Under the pieces are notes generated by a model, which saw only the letters and a program-made list of their open reading frames with translations, did not search any database and had not been told where the DNA came from. A stretch of 64,000 bases of DNA, taken from positions 1 to 64,000 of the IMG/VR virus record IMGVR_UViG_3300047320_000285. One strand, written 5' to 3'. Position 1 is the first letter of the stretch. The number at the start of each line of letters is the position of its first letter. The position numbers and the translations under genes were made by a program. Shown piece by piece: positions 56,024 to 64,000 of the stretch.

Positions 56024-57190
56024 ATGGATTACATTCGCAAGCACATTTCGGTCAAGGCCATCCAATTCACGGGGGATAATATCCGTGCAATTCAGACCTT
56101 CATCAACGGACGTGATCCGGTGACGCACGGTAACTATGCCGCCGATAAGTGGGAACAGTATTGCACGAAAGTGTCGAAAGATGGGTTTATCGAGATCCCT
56201 TCGTCGTTGGGTTACGATCCGATCTATTCGAAGTGTCTGCCGAGCGATTACGTGGTGTCGCCGTCCCCGGGCGTCTACAGCGTGATGGGTAAGGAAAGCT
56301 TCGAAGACCAGTACGCGCAATGGGAGATCGGCGTCGATCTGAAGGGCCAGACCACAGCTGAGTACCTAGCTACCGTCCGGCAATCAGACGAAGCGTTGCG
56401 TACCGGTTACGGACCATTGTCGACCGAGCTGTTGGCACCGGATCGCGTAGAGAATCTACAGGTGGCGCTCCAAGAGTCCATGACGGGCGGGGGCTTCGCA
56501 GCAGGTGAACTGGTCAAACGACGCGCAGCAGTCAAGGCGTTCTTGCCGCAGTCAGATGTCGATAACCTGCTTAAAGATCTGACGATCGAAACCGAACGGG
56601 CAATCTATCAGCGTGATAAGTTCCAGCAAACCGGCGTGTCGACGGCCAGCCACGGAGGTTCGCACGATACCTGCTTTGGCTTTATTCTGGCGAAGTACAT
56701 CGAGTCGGATGTGCCCAGCAAGTTCGGGTTGGGTGTCGAGCAGTTCCTCAGTCTCGACGAAGACACGCGTCGAGCGTTGTTGTGGGTGGCTGAGCGCATG
56801 ATCATTCGGCTCAAGGTACCGGAAGGCGAGATCCCTTCAGAAATCATCGAAGGGGCGCTCGAGCGCATCCAAACGCGGCAGAGTTCCTCACCGGTCCAGA
56901 TTACCCGACCGATTGAAACGCTCGACGATGCTGCTGCATTGATCCAGTCGTACTTGCGCGGTGAGTATGGTCCGCTCACCAGAGATGAAGCTGAAGCACT
57001 GGCGACGCATCGGCATTACAAGGGCGGCCTGTATTACAAGCTCTTCGATGCTTTGCACACCGAAACTCAAGAAGGCATGACGGTGTATCTGCATCTGTTC
57101 CCACACGAACCGGGTGCATACGCGCGCCCGAAGCTGATGTTCGATAGCCCGAACGAAGCCGGCGAAACGCGTTTCACGCCGCTGCGTTAA
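56024..57190 (+). CDS. Composite phage protein with C-terminal DUF1653-like domain (388 aa)
   Basis: N-terminal VKAIQFTGDN...DYVV..PGVY...FE..Y phage module; C-terminal HRHYKGGLY...HTETQE..VYL...YARP..MF. Confidence 0.75.
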   Translation: MDYIRKHISVKAIQFTGDNIRAIQTFINGRDPVTHGNYAADKWEQYCTKVSKDGFIEIPSSLGYDPIYSKCLPSDYVVSPSPGVYSVMGKESFEDQYAQWEIGVDLKGQTTAEYLATVRQSDEALRTGYGPLSTELLAPDRVENLQVALQESMTGGGFAAGELVKRRAAVKAFLPQSDVDNLLKDLTIETERAIYQRDKFQQTGVSTASHGGSHDTCFGFILAKYIESDVPSKFGLGVEQFLSLDEDTRRALLWVAERMIIRLKVPEGEIPSEIIEGALERIQTRQSSSPVQITRPIETLDDAAALIQSYLRGEYGPLTRDEAEALATHRHYKGGLYYKLFDALHTETQEGMTVYLHLFPHEPGAYARPKLMFDSPNEAGETRFTPLR

Positions 57191-57204
57191 AGGTTGATGC
57201 TCCG

Positions 57205-57257
57205 GGGGGAGCAGACGGGAGGGAGTGGTGCGAGAGCGCTGCCTCCTCTTTTTTTTT
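57205..57257 (+). terminator. Hairpin with T tail
   Basis: ggggggagcag...ctgcctcctc-tttttttt. Confidence 0.6.
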
Positions 57258-57285
57258 GTCCAGTATAACACGAGAAGGACCTATC

Positions 57286-57387
57286 ATGGAATCTGAGAGA
57301 CAGCAGCAACCAAAACCACCTGTGTTCACGCCACCCCCTGTGGCACGACCGTGGTGGTGGATACTAATAGATAAACTCAGGAGATAG
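57286..57387 (+). CDS. Micro-protein (33 aa), Pro/Trp-rich
   Basis: RBS GAAGGA; MESERQQQPKPPVFTPPPVARPWWWILIDKLRR; stop abuts the next ATG. Confidence 0.45.
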   Translation: MESERQQQPKPPVFTPPPVARPWWWILIDKLRR

Positions 57388-57388
57388 C

Positions 57389-57739
57389 ATGACCGTAGTG
57401 ACCGTTTCAATGAAGCGTCAACCAAAGGGAAACATCTTCAGTTTCTTGGAAGAAGGCGCTTCTCGGAGACTTAAAGCGTTAGTATTTCACGGGCTAGTAA
57501 ATCGGCCCGATGCTCCACTCGAAGACGGTCAGGGTTCGATCTGCGTGTACACGTTGTCTCGTACGCTGCATTGTCGAACTTACCATGCACGTTTGCATGA
57601 CAAAAACAAAGACAAGGTGGCAGAACTTCTCTACACACTGCCGACTGGTGAATACGAGTTTTTCCTTACCCCCGGTTTTAAAGACGAGAACATCTTCATT
57701 CGGTTCGGCGCCCAGCTCCATGAACCTGAAGAAGACTAA
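57389..57739 (+). CDS. Hypothetical protein, AT-richer codons (116 aa)
   Basis: RBS AGGAG. Confidence 0.7.
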   Translation: MTVVTVSMKRQPKGNIFSFLEEGASRRLKALVFHGLVNRPDAPLEDGQGSICVYTLSRTLHCRTYHARLHDKNKDKVAELLYTLPTGEYEFFLTPGFKDENIFIRFGAQLHEPEED

Positions 57740-57820
57740 GGCCGCGCCGTAAAAATGAATTCGGGTGAGTCATTGTCATGATGACTCACTCATTTACACT
57801 GATCAACAAGGACGAGCATA

Positions 57821-58321
57821 ATGGGCATGGAAGCGATTGCCGCCTTAAATGGCGCACTGCGAGAAACCGTGGAGTTGGCGAATAACAAGTCGTGGGCTGC
57901 GCAGTTTCCCGAACACATCAAGAAGGCTTACAAGCTGGCGATCCTGAGCTTTAAACGGCCGCAAGACGGCCAGCAGGTCGACTGCTTCGGCATCATCCGC
58001 CGCGAGGCACTGGCGCCGTTTGGGATGGACAAAGATTTCGGTAACCGGGCCAGTGGCGACATGCAGGTCTCCGGCATGTATCTGATTACCAGCATGGAAC
58101 GTGCCGCGATTATCCTGCACGCGAAAGATCCGGCCTTGTTGCTCACCGGCGGGCAACGGGAAGTGGATCTGGTGGACTTCCAGAAACTCGCCACGATGAT
58201 GGGTGACCAGAGCGCCATCCATAAGACGATCGTCGACATGCGCGACATCCAGAAGTTCGGCGATATGCTGGTGGGTTTCCTGACCGACGGGCGCAAGCCA
58301 TTGATTCTCTCGGGGGTGTGA
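57821..58321 (+). CDS. Hypothetical protein (166 aa)
   Basis: RBS AAGGA; first gene of a tightly packed operon. Confidence 0.75.
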   Translation: MGMEAIAALNGALRETVELANNKSWAAQFPEHIKKAYKLAILSFKRPQDGQQVDCFGIIRREALAPFGMDKDFGNRASGDMQVSGMYLITSMERAAIILHAKDPALLLTGGQREVDLVDFQKLATMMGDQSAIHKTIVDMRDIQKFGDMLVGFLTDGRKPLILSGV

Positions 58322-58322
58322 C

Positions 58323-58562
58323 GTGAGTCTGCCGGCGAACTGGTCGCATGTGCAGGGTCCGTTTTACCTCGTGCGCACCCAAGCCGGTCTTAAACATGCG
58401 CTCAGGCATTGGGGGCGGGAGAGTCACGAAACGGATGTGCGTGGGTATCCGAAACGTTACCCGGCACTGATCTGCCTGTCGTGGGGCTATAGTGGCGACA
58501 CGTGGATTCGCATTGATACGGTTCACGTGAATCGGCTGCGTGAGAAACTCGAAGGTCAATAA
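58323..58562 (+). CDS. Hypothetical protein (79 aa)
   Basis: GTG start 1 nt after the upstream stop. Confidence 0.65.
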   Translation: MSLPANWSHVQGPFYLVRTQAGLKHALRHWGRESHETDVRGYPKRYPALICLSWGYSGDTWIRIDTVHVNRLREKLEGQ

Positions 58563-58568
58563 GGAGCA

Positions 58569-58823
58569 GTGATGAGAATTCGTCAGCACCGCGGGGGTCT
58601 CGCGGAGTCGATGGAGACGATGGCAGAGATCGAGCCGACGTTAGCGGGCGTACGACAGTACTTCAGGGAGCGTAAACCGTACGGCTATACCAGCCGTTCT
58701 ACGCTGGAAGTCAAACCCTACGGGTCCGGACCCGACACGCGTATTGGTTGGGACAGCGTCTACATTGTACTGGTCAACGGTTTGCCGTACGGTTTTACGG
58801 ATGGACCTATTAAGGAAGAATAA
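58569..58823 (+). CDS. Hypothetical phage protein (84 aa)
   Basis: RBS AAGGAG; RQHRGGLAESMET...D.RIGW..Y.V...G.TDGP. Confidence 0.7.
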   Translation: MMRIRQHRGGLAESMETMAEIEPTLAGVRQYFRERKPYGYTSRSTLEVKPYGSGPDTRIGWDSVYIVLVNGLPYGFTDGPIKEE

Positions 58824-58825
58824 CA

Positions 58826-59299
58826 ATGGAAGCCAAGAAGAATACCGACGGCTCGTTTGAAGTTGTCCTCGGGAACTCGGGTGTTCGAAACAAGAACGGT
58901 CTGGTCTTCCCGACCGAGCAACTGCGCAACGAAATCGTCAAGCTCAATGTGCGAGCCAAACAAGGTACCGCATTGGCTGAGGTGGGTTTTCCGCAACGCC
59001 GACCAGGCGAGGATCCCGATAACTTCCGACGTCGCTTTACCACGGTCGATCTGGAGCGTGTCTGTGCGCGCTTTACGGATTTCCGGGTGGAGAATGACAA
59101 CCCTGCAGATCCGCGCATTGTGGCAATCGTGCAGCCAGCGGGTCCGTTTGCTAACGTGGCGCGTGATCATCTCGAAGCAGGCGGCGAGGGCGTGTACTTC
59201 GGTGCACGCTTTTACGCAGACGGCCAGATGGAAGATAACAAACCCAAGCTGGCACTGAGAAACTTCATTACGTTTGACCTCGTCGCGGAGCAACCATGA
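58826..59299 (+). CDS. Prohead-protease (T4 gp21-like) paralog lacking catalytic residues (157 aa)
   Basis: NKNGLVFP...ALAEVGFP...VDLERVC resembles NRNxRxYP...ALGELxHP...VD; His replaced by Phe and no GVSSRG serine. Confidence 0.6.
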   Translation: MEAKKNTDGSFEVVLGNSGVRNKNGLVFPTEQLRNEIVKLNVRAKQGTALAEVGFPQRRPGEDPDNFRRRFTTVDLERVCARFTDFRVENDNPADPRIVAIVQPAGPFANVARDHLEAGGEGVYFGARFYADGQMEDNKPKLALRNFITFDLVAEQP

Positions 59300-59700
59300 A
59301 AGGCGTGAAAATCAAAATCGAATGCGACGACGTATTGTTGGCTTCCGCCATTGCGTCATCGATCAGCGAAGGTCTGCGCTTGGATGACTTTGACAACGTG
59401 CAGGTCAAGACGGTGATGGTCTATAACGAAGTCGTGCGTAATGCCGAGGGACGGCCGACCAACTTCGCCCGCACCAACATCGTCAAGTCCGTGATCGACG
59501 AAGACATCATGTCGCGTCCGCCGCTGCACGATACGATACTGGTGCCTGCTGACGCAGCACTGGGTTATCCGATTTGCAACGAGACACTGCGTGAGCGCGA
59601 GCCTAGTAAACTGCACACCCCGATCGTGATCGATATGGGGATCGAAGTCGGCGATTACGCCAAGCAAGAGCGTGCGTTCCTGCAAGGGGAAACGGAATGA
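59296..59700 (+). CDS. Hypothetical protein (134 aa)
   Basis: ATGA overlap. Confidence 0.75.
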   Translation: MKGVKIKIECDDVLLASAIASSISEGLRLDDFDNVQVKTVMVYNEVVRNAEGRPTNFARTNIVKSVIDEDIMSRPPLHDTILVPADAALGYPICNETLREREPSKLHTPIVIDMGIEVGDYAKQERAFLQGETE

Positions 59701-60002
59701 TCAACATCGGCTTACATCCCACCCTTAGCTTTGTCTGCGGGATTCCGTTTATCGCGCTTTACTGCTGGATGCTCACGGACCGTATCTCGTCGCGCATTCG
59801 CAGGAGTCGTTATTGGCCGGTGGGTTGGCTGGGTGCGCTGATGATCCTGTCGACCGGTGGCAAGTTGATGTTGCCGGTGCTCAACGGTCTACCCATTGAC
59901 GACAACGTGGCAGTGCCGGTGTTGTTTGGTCTCGTCATGCTCGCCATCCTCGTGCTTTCTGTGAATAACATTTACCAGCTCCGTAAGCTGCGACAAGGAT
60001 AA
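59697..60002 (+). CDS. Three-TM membrane protein (101 aa)
   Basis: Three hydrophobic segments; ATGA overlap. Confidence 0.7.
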   Translation: MINIGLHPTLSFVCGIPFIALYCWMLTDRISSRIRRSRYWPVGWLGALMILSTGGKLMLPVLNGLPIDDNVAVPVLFGLVMLAILVLSVNNIYQLRKLRQG

Positions 60003-60004
60003 CC

Positions 60005-61018
60005 ATGAAACAGTTTCACGACAATCTGCAATTCATTCTCGATAACGGTTCGTGGAAGACCAACCGCACCCAGTACGCGTCGCTGATGGTGCCGGGTCTG
60101 ACCATGCGCTTCGATTTGCGCCAAGGCTTTCCGGCCGTCACCACCAAGAAGCTGGCGTTCAAGTCGGCGCTCGGTGAACTGTGTGGTTTCCTGAAGCCGG
60201 TCCGCAGCGCGGTTGACATGCGGGCACTCGGCAGCAAGGTGTGGGATCAGAACGCCAATGAGAACGCGCAGTGGTTGGCGAACCCGTTCCGTAAGGGCGA
60301 AGACGATCTGGGCGATGTGTACGGGGCGATGTGGCGGGAATGGCCGGGCTTCAAGCTGGTCCGGACCGAGGACTGGACCCACGAGATCGACAATAAGCTG
60401 AAAGCTGACGGATGGCACTGCGAAGAAGTCTTCGAAGGTGCGCTCTACAGCAAATCAATCGACATGCTCGGCGACTGCGTGCGTACCATCATCCTGAACC
60501 CGGACGATCGGCGCATTCTGTTCCATGCGTGGAACCCAGCCAAGCTCGACGAGATGGCACTGCCGCCGTGTCATCTGCTGTATCACTTCCTGCCCAACAA
60601 GGACACCAAGGAACTGGCGCTGTGCATGACGCAGCGCTCAGCCGATTACTTCTTGGGCATTCCGTTTAACATCGCGTCGTCTGCTTTGCTGCTGCACATC
60701 GTTGCACGCCTGACGGGCTACACGCCGACGTGGCTGACGATTACCACCAACGACAGCCACATTTACGAAAACGCGATTGACGCGACCAAGGAGTTGCTCA
60801 CGCGCGAACCGTACCCGCTGCCGCGTCTGGAGATCAACCCAGAGATGCCGACTTTCGAGCGTTTCCATGAGTGGAATGCCGAGATGAAGCTGATGGGGCT
60901 TAATCAGCATGATGTCGGCGAACACGCCGTCAGTTGGCTGGCGAAGCTGGATCCGACGTGGTTCACGCTGGAAGACTACCAGTGCCACGACAGCATCAAA
61001 GTCGACATGGCGGTTTGA
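60005..61018 (+). CDS. thyA: Thymidylate synthase
   Basis: ELCGFL, WDQNANEN..WL.NP.RKG.DDLG.VYG..WR, RRILFHAWNP, ALPPCH (catalytic Cys), QRSADYFLGIPFNIAS. Confidence 0.95.
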   Translation: MKQFHDNLQFILDNGSWKTNRTQYASLMVPGLTMRFDLRQGFPAVTTKKLAFKSALGELCGFLKPVRSAVDMRALGSKVWDQNANENAQWLANPFRKGEDDLGDVYGAMWREWPGFKLVRTEDWTHEIDNKLKADGWHCEEVFEGALYSKSIDMLGDCVRTIILNPDDRRILFHAWNPAKLDEMALPPCHLLYHFLPNKDTKELALCMTQRSADYFLGIPFNIASSALLLHIVARLTGYTPTWLTITTNDSHIYENAIDATKELLTREPYPLPRLEINPEMPTFERFHEWNAEMKLMGLNQHDVGEHAVSWLAKLDPTWFTLEDYQCHDSIKVDMAV

Positions 61019-61019
61019 T

Positions 61020-61244
61020 ATGAGCGTCGTTTGTGTGAAGGCGGTTCCGGGCGGTGATACACTCCCGCCCGAGGAAGAACTCATGTTGCGCGAATTTGCT
61101 AACTCGGCCCTTCAGGGTTTGATGGCAGTTCCGCGCGATGCTCGTTTCAGTCGACAAGAAAACATCGCCGCTCAAGCATGGACTCAAGTATGGGAGATGC
61201 TAGTGTGGCATCGCAAGATGCGCAGCGGCGTTTGGCCCGATTAA
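61020..61244 (+). CDS. Small helical phage protein of the LRDYFAAKAMQG-like family (74 aa)
   Basis: LREFANSALQGLMA...IAAQAWTQVWEML. Confidence 0.65.
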   Translation: MSVVCVKAVPGGDTLPPEEELMLREFANSALQGLMAVPRDARFSRQENIAAQAWTQVWEMLVWHRKMRSGVWPD

Positions 61245-61254
61245 GGAGAAGAAG

Positions 61255-61533
61255 ATGGCGACGATAACCCAAGAAGAATTTACCGAGCAGGCGCGAAAGG
61301 CGACTGAGCCGCTGCGCGAAGTGCTGCTGCCGCTCATGAAGGCAGGGGTGGACGTGAGCGTCGAACGTGATCCCAAAGATCAGTTCTATCTCGCGAAGTT
61401 GACGGTACCCGAACAACCGGATCTGCATTACGAGATCCTGATCGGTATCCCGATCTTCGAAGGTCAGTGGTGCGGTCGACTGCCGATCGAGCGCCAGATC
61501 GATGTACCGGGACTGGAGACAGACCATGCCTGA
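61255..61533 (+). CDS. Hypothetical protein (92 aa)
   Basis: RBS AAGGAG. Confidence 0.7.
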   Translation: MATITQEEFTEQARKATEPLREVLLPLMKAGVDVSVERDPKDQFYLAKLTVPEQPDLHYEILIGIPIFEGQWCGRLPIERQIDVPGLETDHA

Positions 61534-61759
61534 AATGACGATTTACGATCCGGTCACCAAACGACGGCTCACGCCGTTTGAAGACACGCTCGCACAGTCG
61601 TTTGCTAACGCGGCGCTGGTTGGCATCATGTCGCGCAGTCCGTCGGAGTTGGAAACATTGACGCCGGAGGCCATCACCAAGCAGATCTGGCGACAGGCAT
61701 TGGACATGGTGGAGATGCGGCGCAAGCTCACGAACATGAACAACGTGTTCCGGGACTGA
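61526..61759 (+). CDS. Small helical phage protein, paralog of the 61020 gene (77 aa)
   Basis: SFANAALVGIMS...ITKQIWRQALDMV; RBS GGAG. Confidence 0.65.
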   Translation: MPEMTIYDPVTKRRLTPFEDTLAQSFANAALVGIMSRSPSELETLTPEAITKQIWRQALDMVEMRRKLTNMNNVFRD

Positions 61760-61804
61760 GTGTCTGGTGACCCATGGTGTGATTACCACACCTAAAGGTT
61801 AGCC

Positions 61805-62224
61805 ATGTCACGCATCGTTGATGTCTTGCACGTACCGGAGTTGGGCACTGACCCTGCTTCGGCCCTGTATCCGTCGTTCCAGAACATCATCAAGTTCTTT
61901 GAGTCGGAGGTGATGTTCGTCCAGCATGACAAGCTGCGTGGGACTGTCACGATCTGGTTTGGTCCGACCTACGCCGACCAGATCAATTACGCGATTACCC
62001 AGTGGGCGCAAACGCTGGAGAATCCGTATCCGACCTGCCCGTGCGGCGGACGGGGTCAGACTGACGAGATGCGCAAGAACACTGCGACCTTCCGGTATGA
62101 GTCCCAGTTTTACGCGGGGTGTTTCCCCATCATGCCAAAGCTCATCGGTGACGATGGTTGGACCGGCTTTGCATTTAACTACCAATTCGTCGGTGGCATT
62201 AACAATCTGGCGTTTGGTCTCTAG
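61805..62224 (+). CDS. Hypothetical protein (139 aa)
   Basis: RBS AAAGG; operon context. Confidence 0.7.
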   Translation: MSRIVDVLHVPELGTDPASALYPSFQNIIKFFESEVMFVQHDKLRGTVTIWFGPTYADQINYAITQWAQTLENPYPTCPCGGRGQTDEMRKNTATFRYESQFYAGCFPIMPKLIGDDGWTGFAFNYQFVGGINNLAFGL

Positions 62225-62236
62225 GAAAATAACAAG

Positions 62237-63004
62237 ATGAATATCGGCGATGTCCCGACTCTCGATGAGTCGGATGTATTCAAGTGGGTGGCCAACCAAG
62301 CGTACTGCCCGCGCAACCTGCTGGCGTTCGTGATCCGTAACGGCATCCCAGAAGCAGTCGCCGACGAGACGATCGTGGCGGATACGGTGCGCTGTTTGCT
62401 GGAGTTGCACGCACAAGAAATCTCCGGCCTGAACACGGGCTTCTCTCATGCCTCGCCGCGCGAGAAGCAGGTGAAGTTCAAGTTCATCGAAAAGTACGGC
62501 CGGCCCATTGATTCGTTCCTCACGTGGTGGTACGACAAATATCAAACCGCGTGGAATCGCGGCGATGTCGGTGACGACGGTACACTCGACGTGATGTTTC
62601 TCGAACCCGATCCGACCCACACCAAGGTCACGCACGCGATTTACATGTACCGTATGCGACCGATCGAATACTCAGGGATCGAATCGAAGCGTGATCTGTA
62701 CACCCCCCGGGCATTTCCGGTGCCGGAGAAACCGAAGCCGACGTTCTGGCAGCGGTTTGTGGCGTCTTTGAAAGGGGATCCGATCAAAGACGCCATCAAG
62801 AAGCTGCAGGAAGCACCGTCAGTCAAGCCGACGGTGTTGAATGTGACGTTCACGGGCGAGACCTCGACGGGACCCATGGTTATCAAGTTCGCCCAAGAGC
62901 TGCTCGATCAGGCCAACGTCGCGGCCACCAATCCGTACGTGAAGCCGGACCCCAAGGTGTTCGGGGTGTTGCGTCGTAAAGCGATCGACGTCTACCAGTT
63001 CTGA
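62237..63004 (+). CDS. Hypothetical protein (255 aa)
   Basis: RBS TAGGA; typical codon bias. Confidence 0.75.
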   Translation: MNIGDVPTLDESDVFKWVANQAYCPRNLLAFVIRNGIPEAVADETIVADTVRCLLELHAQEISGLNTGFSHASPREKQVKFKFIEKYGRPIDSFLTWWYDKYQTAWNRGDVGDDGTLDVMFLEPDPTHTKVTHAIYMYRMRPIEYSGIESKRDLYTPRAFPVPEKPKPTFWQRFVASLKGDPIKDAIKKLQEAPSVKPTVLNVTFTGETSTGPMVIKFAQELLDQANVAATNPYVKPDPKVFGVLRRKAIDVYQF

Positions 63005-63005
63005 C

Positions 63006-63034
63006 GTGTGCCCCGGCTTCGGCTGGGGCATATG
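63006..63034 (+). terminator. Hairpin ending in TATG
   Basis: tgccccggc-ttcg-gctggggca-tatg. Confidence 0.7.
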
Positions 63035-63037
63035 CCC

Positions 63038-63061
63038 TAAACGATTTCAGCAATATATTAC
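63038..63061 (+). promoter_or_regulatory. Early promoter (TTTC-N5-TATATTAC)
   Basis: taaacgaTTTCagcaaTATATTAC; perfect phiKZ early consensus. Confidence 0.75.
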
Positions 63062-63168
63062 CGAAAAGAGCCTGTTAGAATTAATGAAACAGGTAGATGC
63101 TTTGAGGGGTGATGCCCAGTCATCTCTCACTTACACTAATCAACACTAAGATACAAGGAGTATGTGTC

Positions 63169-64000
63169 ATGACGACGATTGCATGGGACGGTAAGGTACT
63201 GGCAGTAGACAGCCGTAGTTCTTCCCCAGAGACTCGGCAAGAAGCTACCAGTGATCCCAAACGCACTCGCATCTGCTTTCATTGCGAACGTCCAGCATGG
63301 ACGGGTAGTGATGATTCGCAGAAGCTCGTGATTCTGCCTAAGGTCACATGGCGTGGTGAACGGATTCTCGCGGCAGCGGGCACCGGTATGGCACGCGACT
63401 GTGATCGGATCCGGCACGTAATGCAACGCCCGCCCGAAGGCCAGACGGAGTTCGAAAAGATCTGGGAAAGCTACAGTTCGTTGGCACCGCGTAAAATTGC
63501 TGGGATGCAACCATTTGGTGCCATCTCTGCACACTTCGTGGTGGTGACGGAAACACGTCTATGGGTGCTAGAGTTTGAAGGCAACTCGCTCAGTAGTTAT
63601 CTGGAACCGCGCGATGTCATGTTTGCCAAAGGCTCGGGTCGGGATGCTGCGATGTTGGCAATGACGATCATGGGGGCAACTGCCGCCAATGCGGTATGGG
63701 CAGCTCGGGCGATCGACCCGGCGACTGGGGGTCCAGTCAAGTGGGTCGATACCACCGAACAATTGGTGGAGGGCAAAATGACTCGGTCGCTGGAGCATGA
63801 AGAAGCACCGCTGAGTCGCGAAGAAGCGGCGGCGTATGTGCGCAGTGGTTTTACCGTTCGTCCGGAGAAACCTGAGCTGGTCGGCATCCACGAATCGGCG
63901 CCTTCGAAAGAAGAACCGCTGACCGCAGAGGTTGCGAGTCAGATTGCCGAACAGGCACGTAGTAATGGCAAACCGGCTGTCAAGAAAGTTGCCGTCAAGA
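63169..64000 (+). CDS. HslV/proteasome-beta-like Ntn (Thr) protease, 3' end runs off the window
   Basis: Manual translation: MTTIAWDGKVLAVDSR...AAAGTG...FAKGSGRDAAMLAMTIMGATAANAVWAARAIDPATGGPV; RBS AAGGAG; no stop found in the part translated. Confidence 0.8.
   Translation, partial: MTTIAWDGKVLAVDSRSSSPETRQEATSDPKRTRICFHCERPAWTGSDDSQKLVILPKVTWRGERILAAAGTGMARDCDRIRHVMQRPPEGQTEFEKIWESYSSLAPRKIAGMQPFGAISAHFVVVTETRLWVLEFEGNSLSSYLEPRDVMFAKGSGRDAAMLAMTIMGATAANAVWAARAIDPATGGPVKWVDTTEQLVEGKMTRSLEHEEAPLSREEAAAYVRSGFTVRPEKPELVGIHESAPSKEEPLTAEVASQIAEQARSNGKPAVKKVAVK

Noticed and set aside
60005-61018. thyA as a DNA-modification enzyme (dCMP hydroxymethylase) or an intron-split gene
   Set aside because: It keeps the dUMP-specifying Asn (PFNIAS) and all ThyA motifs in one uninterrupted ORF.
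1-64000. CRISPR array or long direct DNA repeats
   Set aside because: No regularly spaced identical repeats were seen; recurring motifs are dispersed regulatory elements.
1-64000. Stop-codon reassignment
   Set aside because: TAA, TAG and TGA all end intact genes, and coding density is high under the standard code.

Overview
This window is part of the genome of a phiKZ-like (Chimalliviridae-type, nucleus-forming) jumbo phage. The GC-rich codon usage suggests a Proteobacterial host, possibly Burkholderiales (inference). It has four blocks. (1) 1-29,970: a conserved core block with a DarG-like macrodomain gene cut by the window edge, the C-terminal beta-prime piece of the virion RNA polymerase, a free-standing HNH/NUMOD homing endonuclease head-to-head with a modular endolysin, the exonuclease/motif-A half of a split family-B DNA polymerase, and head/inner-body and baseplate/tail genes. 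(2) 30,017-47,544: an array of 15 tail-fibre/receptor-binding genes built from shared modules, including shuffled and circularly permuted LamG domains. (3) 47,600-64,000: early/accessory genes behind repeated YATATTAC promoters, including tmk, thyA, a Nudix-LysM fusion, an apparently catalytically dead prohead-protease paralog, an HslV-like Ntn protease and many small orphans. (4) Throughout: recurring intergenic hairpins ending in TATG. The most striking candidate novelty is a small early protein (49,678-50,157) whose C-terminus closely mimics the FtsZ C-terminal peptide (EVPAFLRK vs DIPAFLRK). phiKZ gene-number equivalences are inferred from motifs and remembered synteny, not from a database search. 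Where a CDS start differs from the supplied ORF track, I chose it from RBS position.
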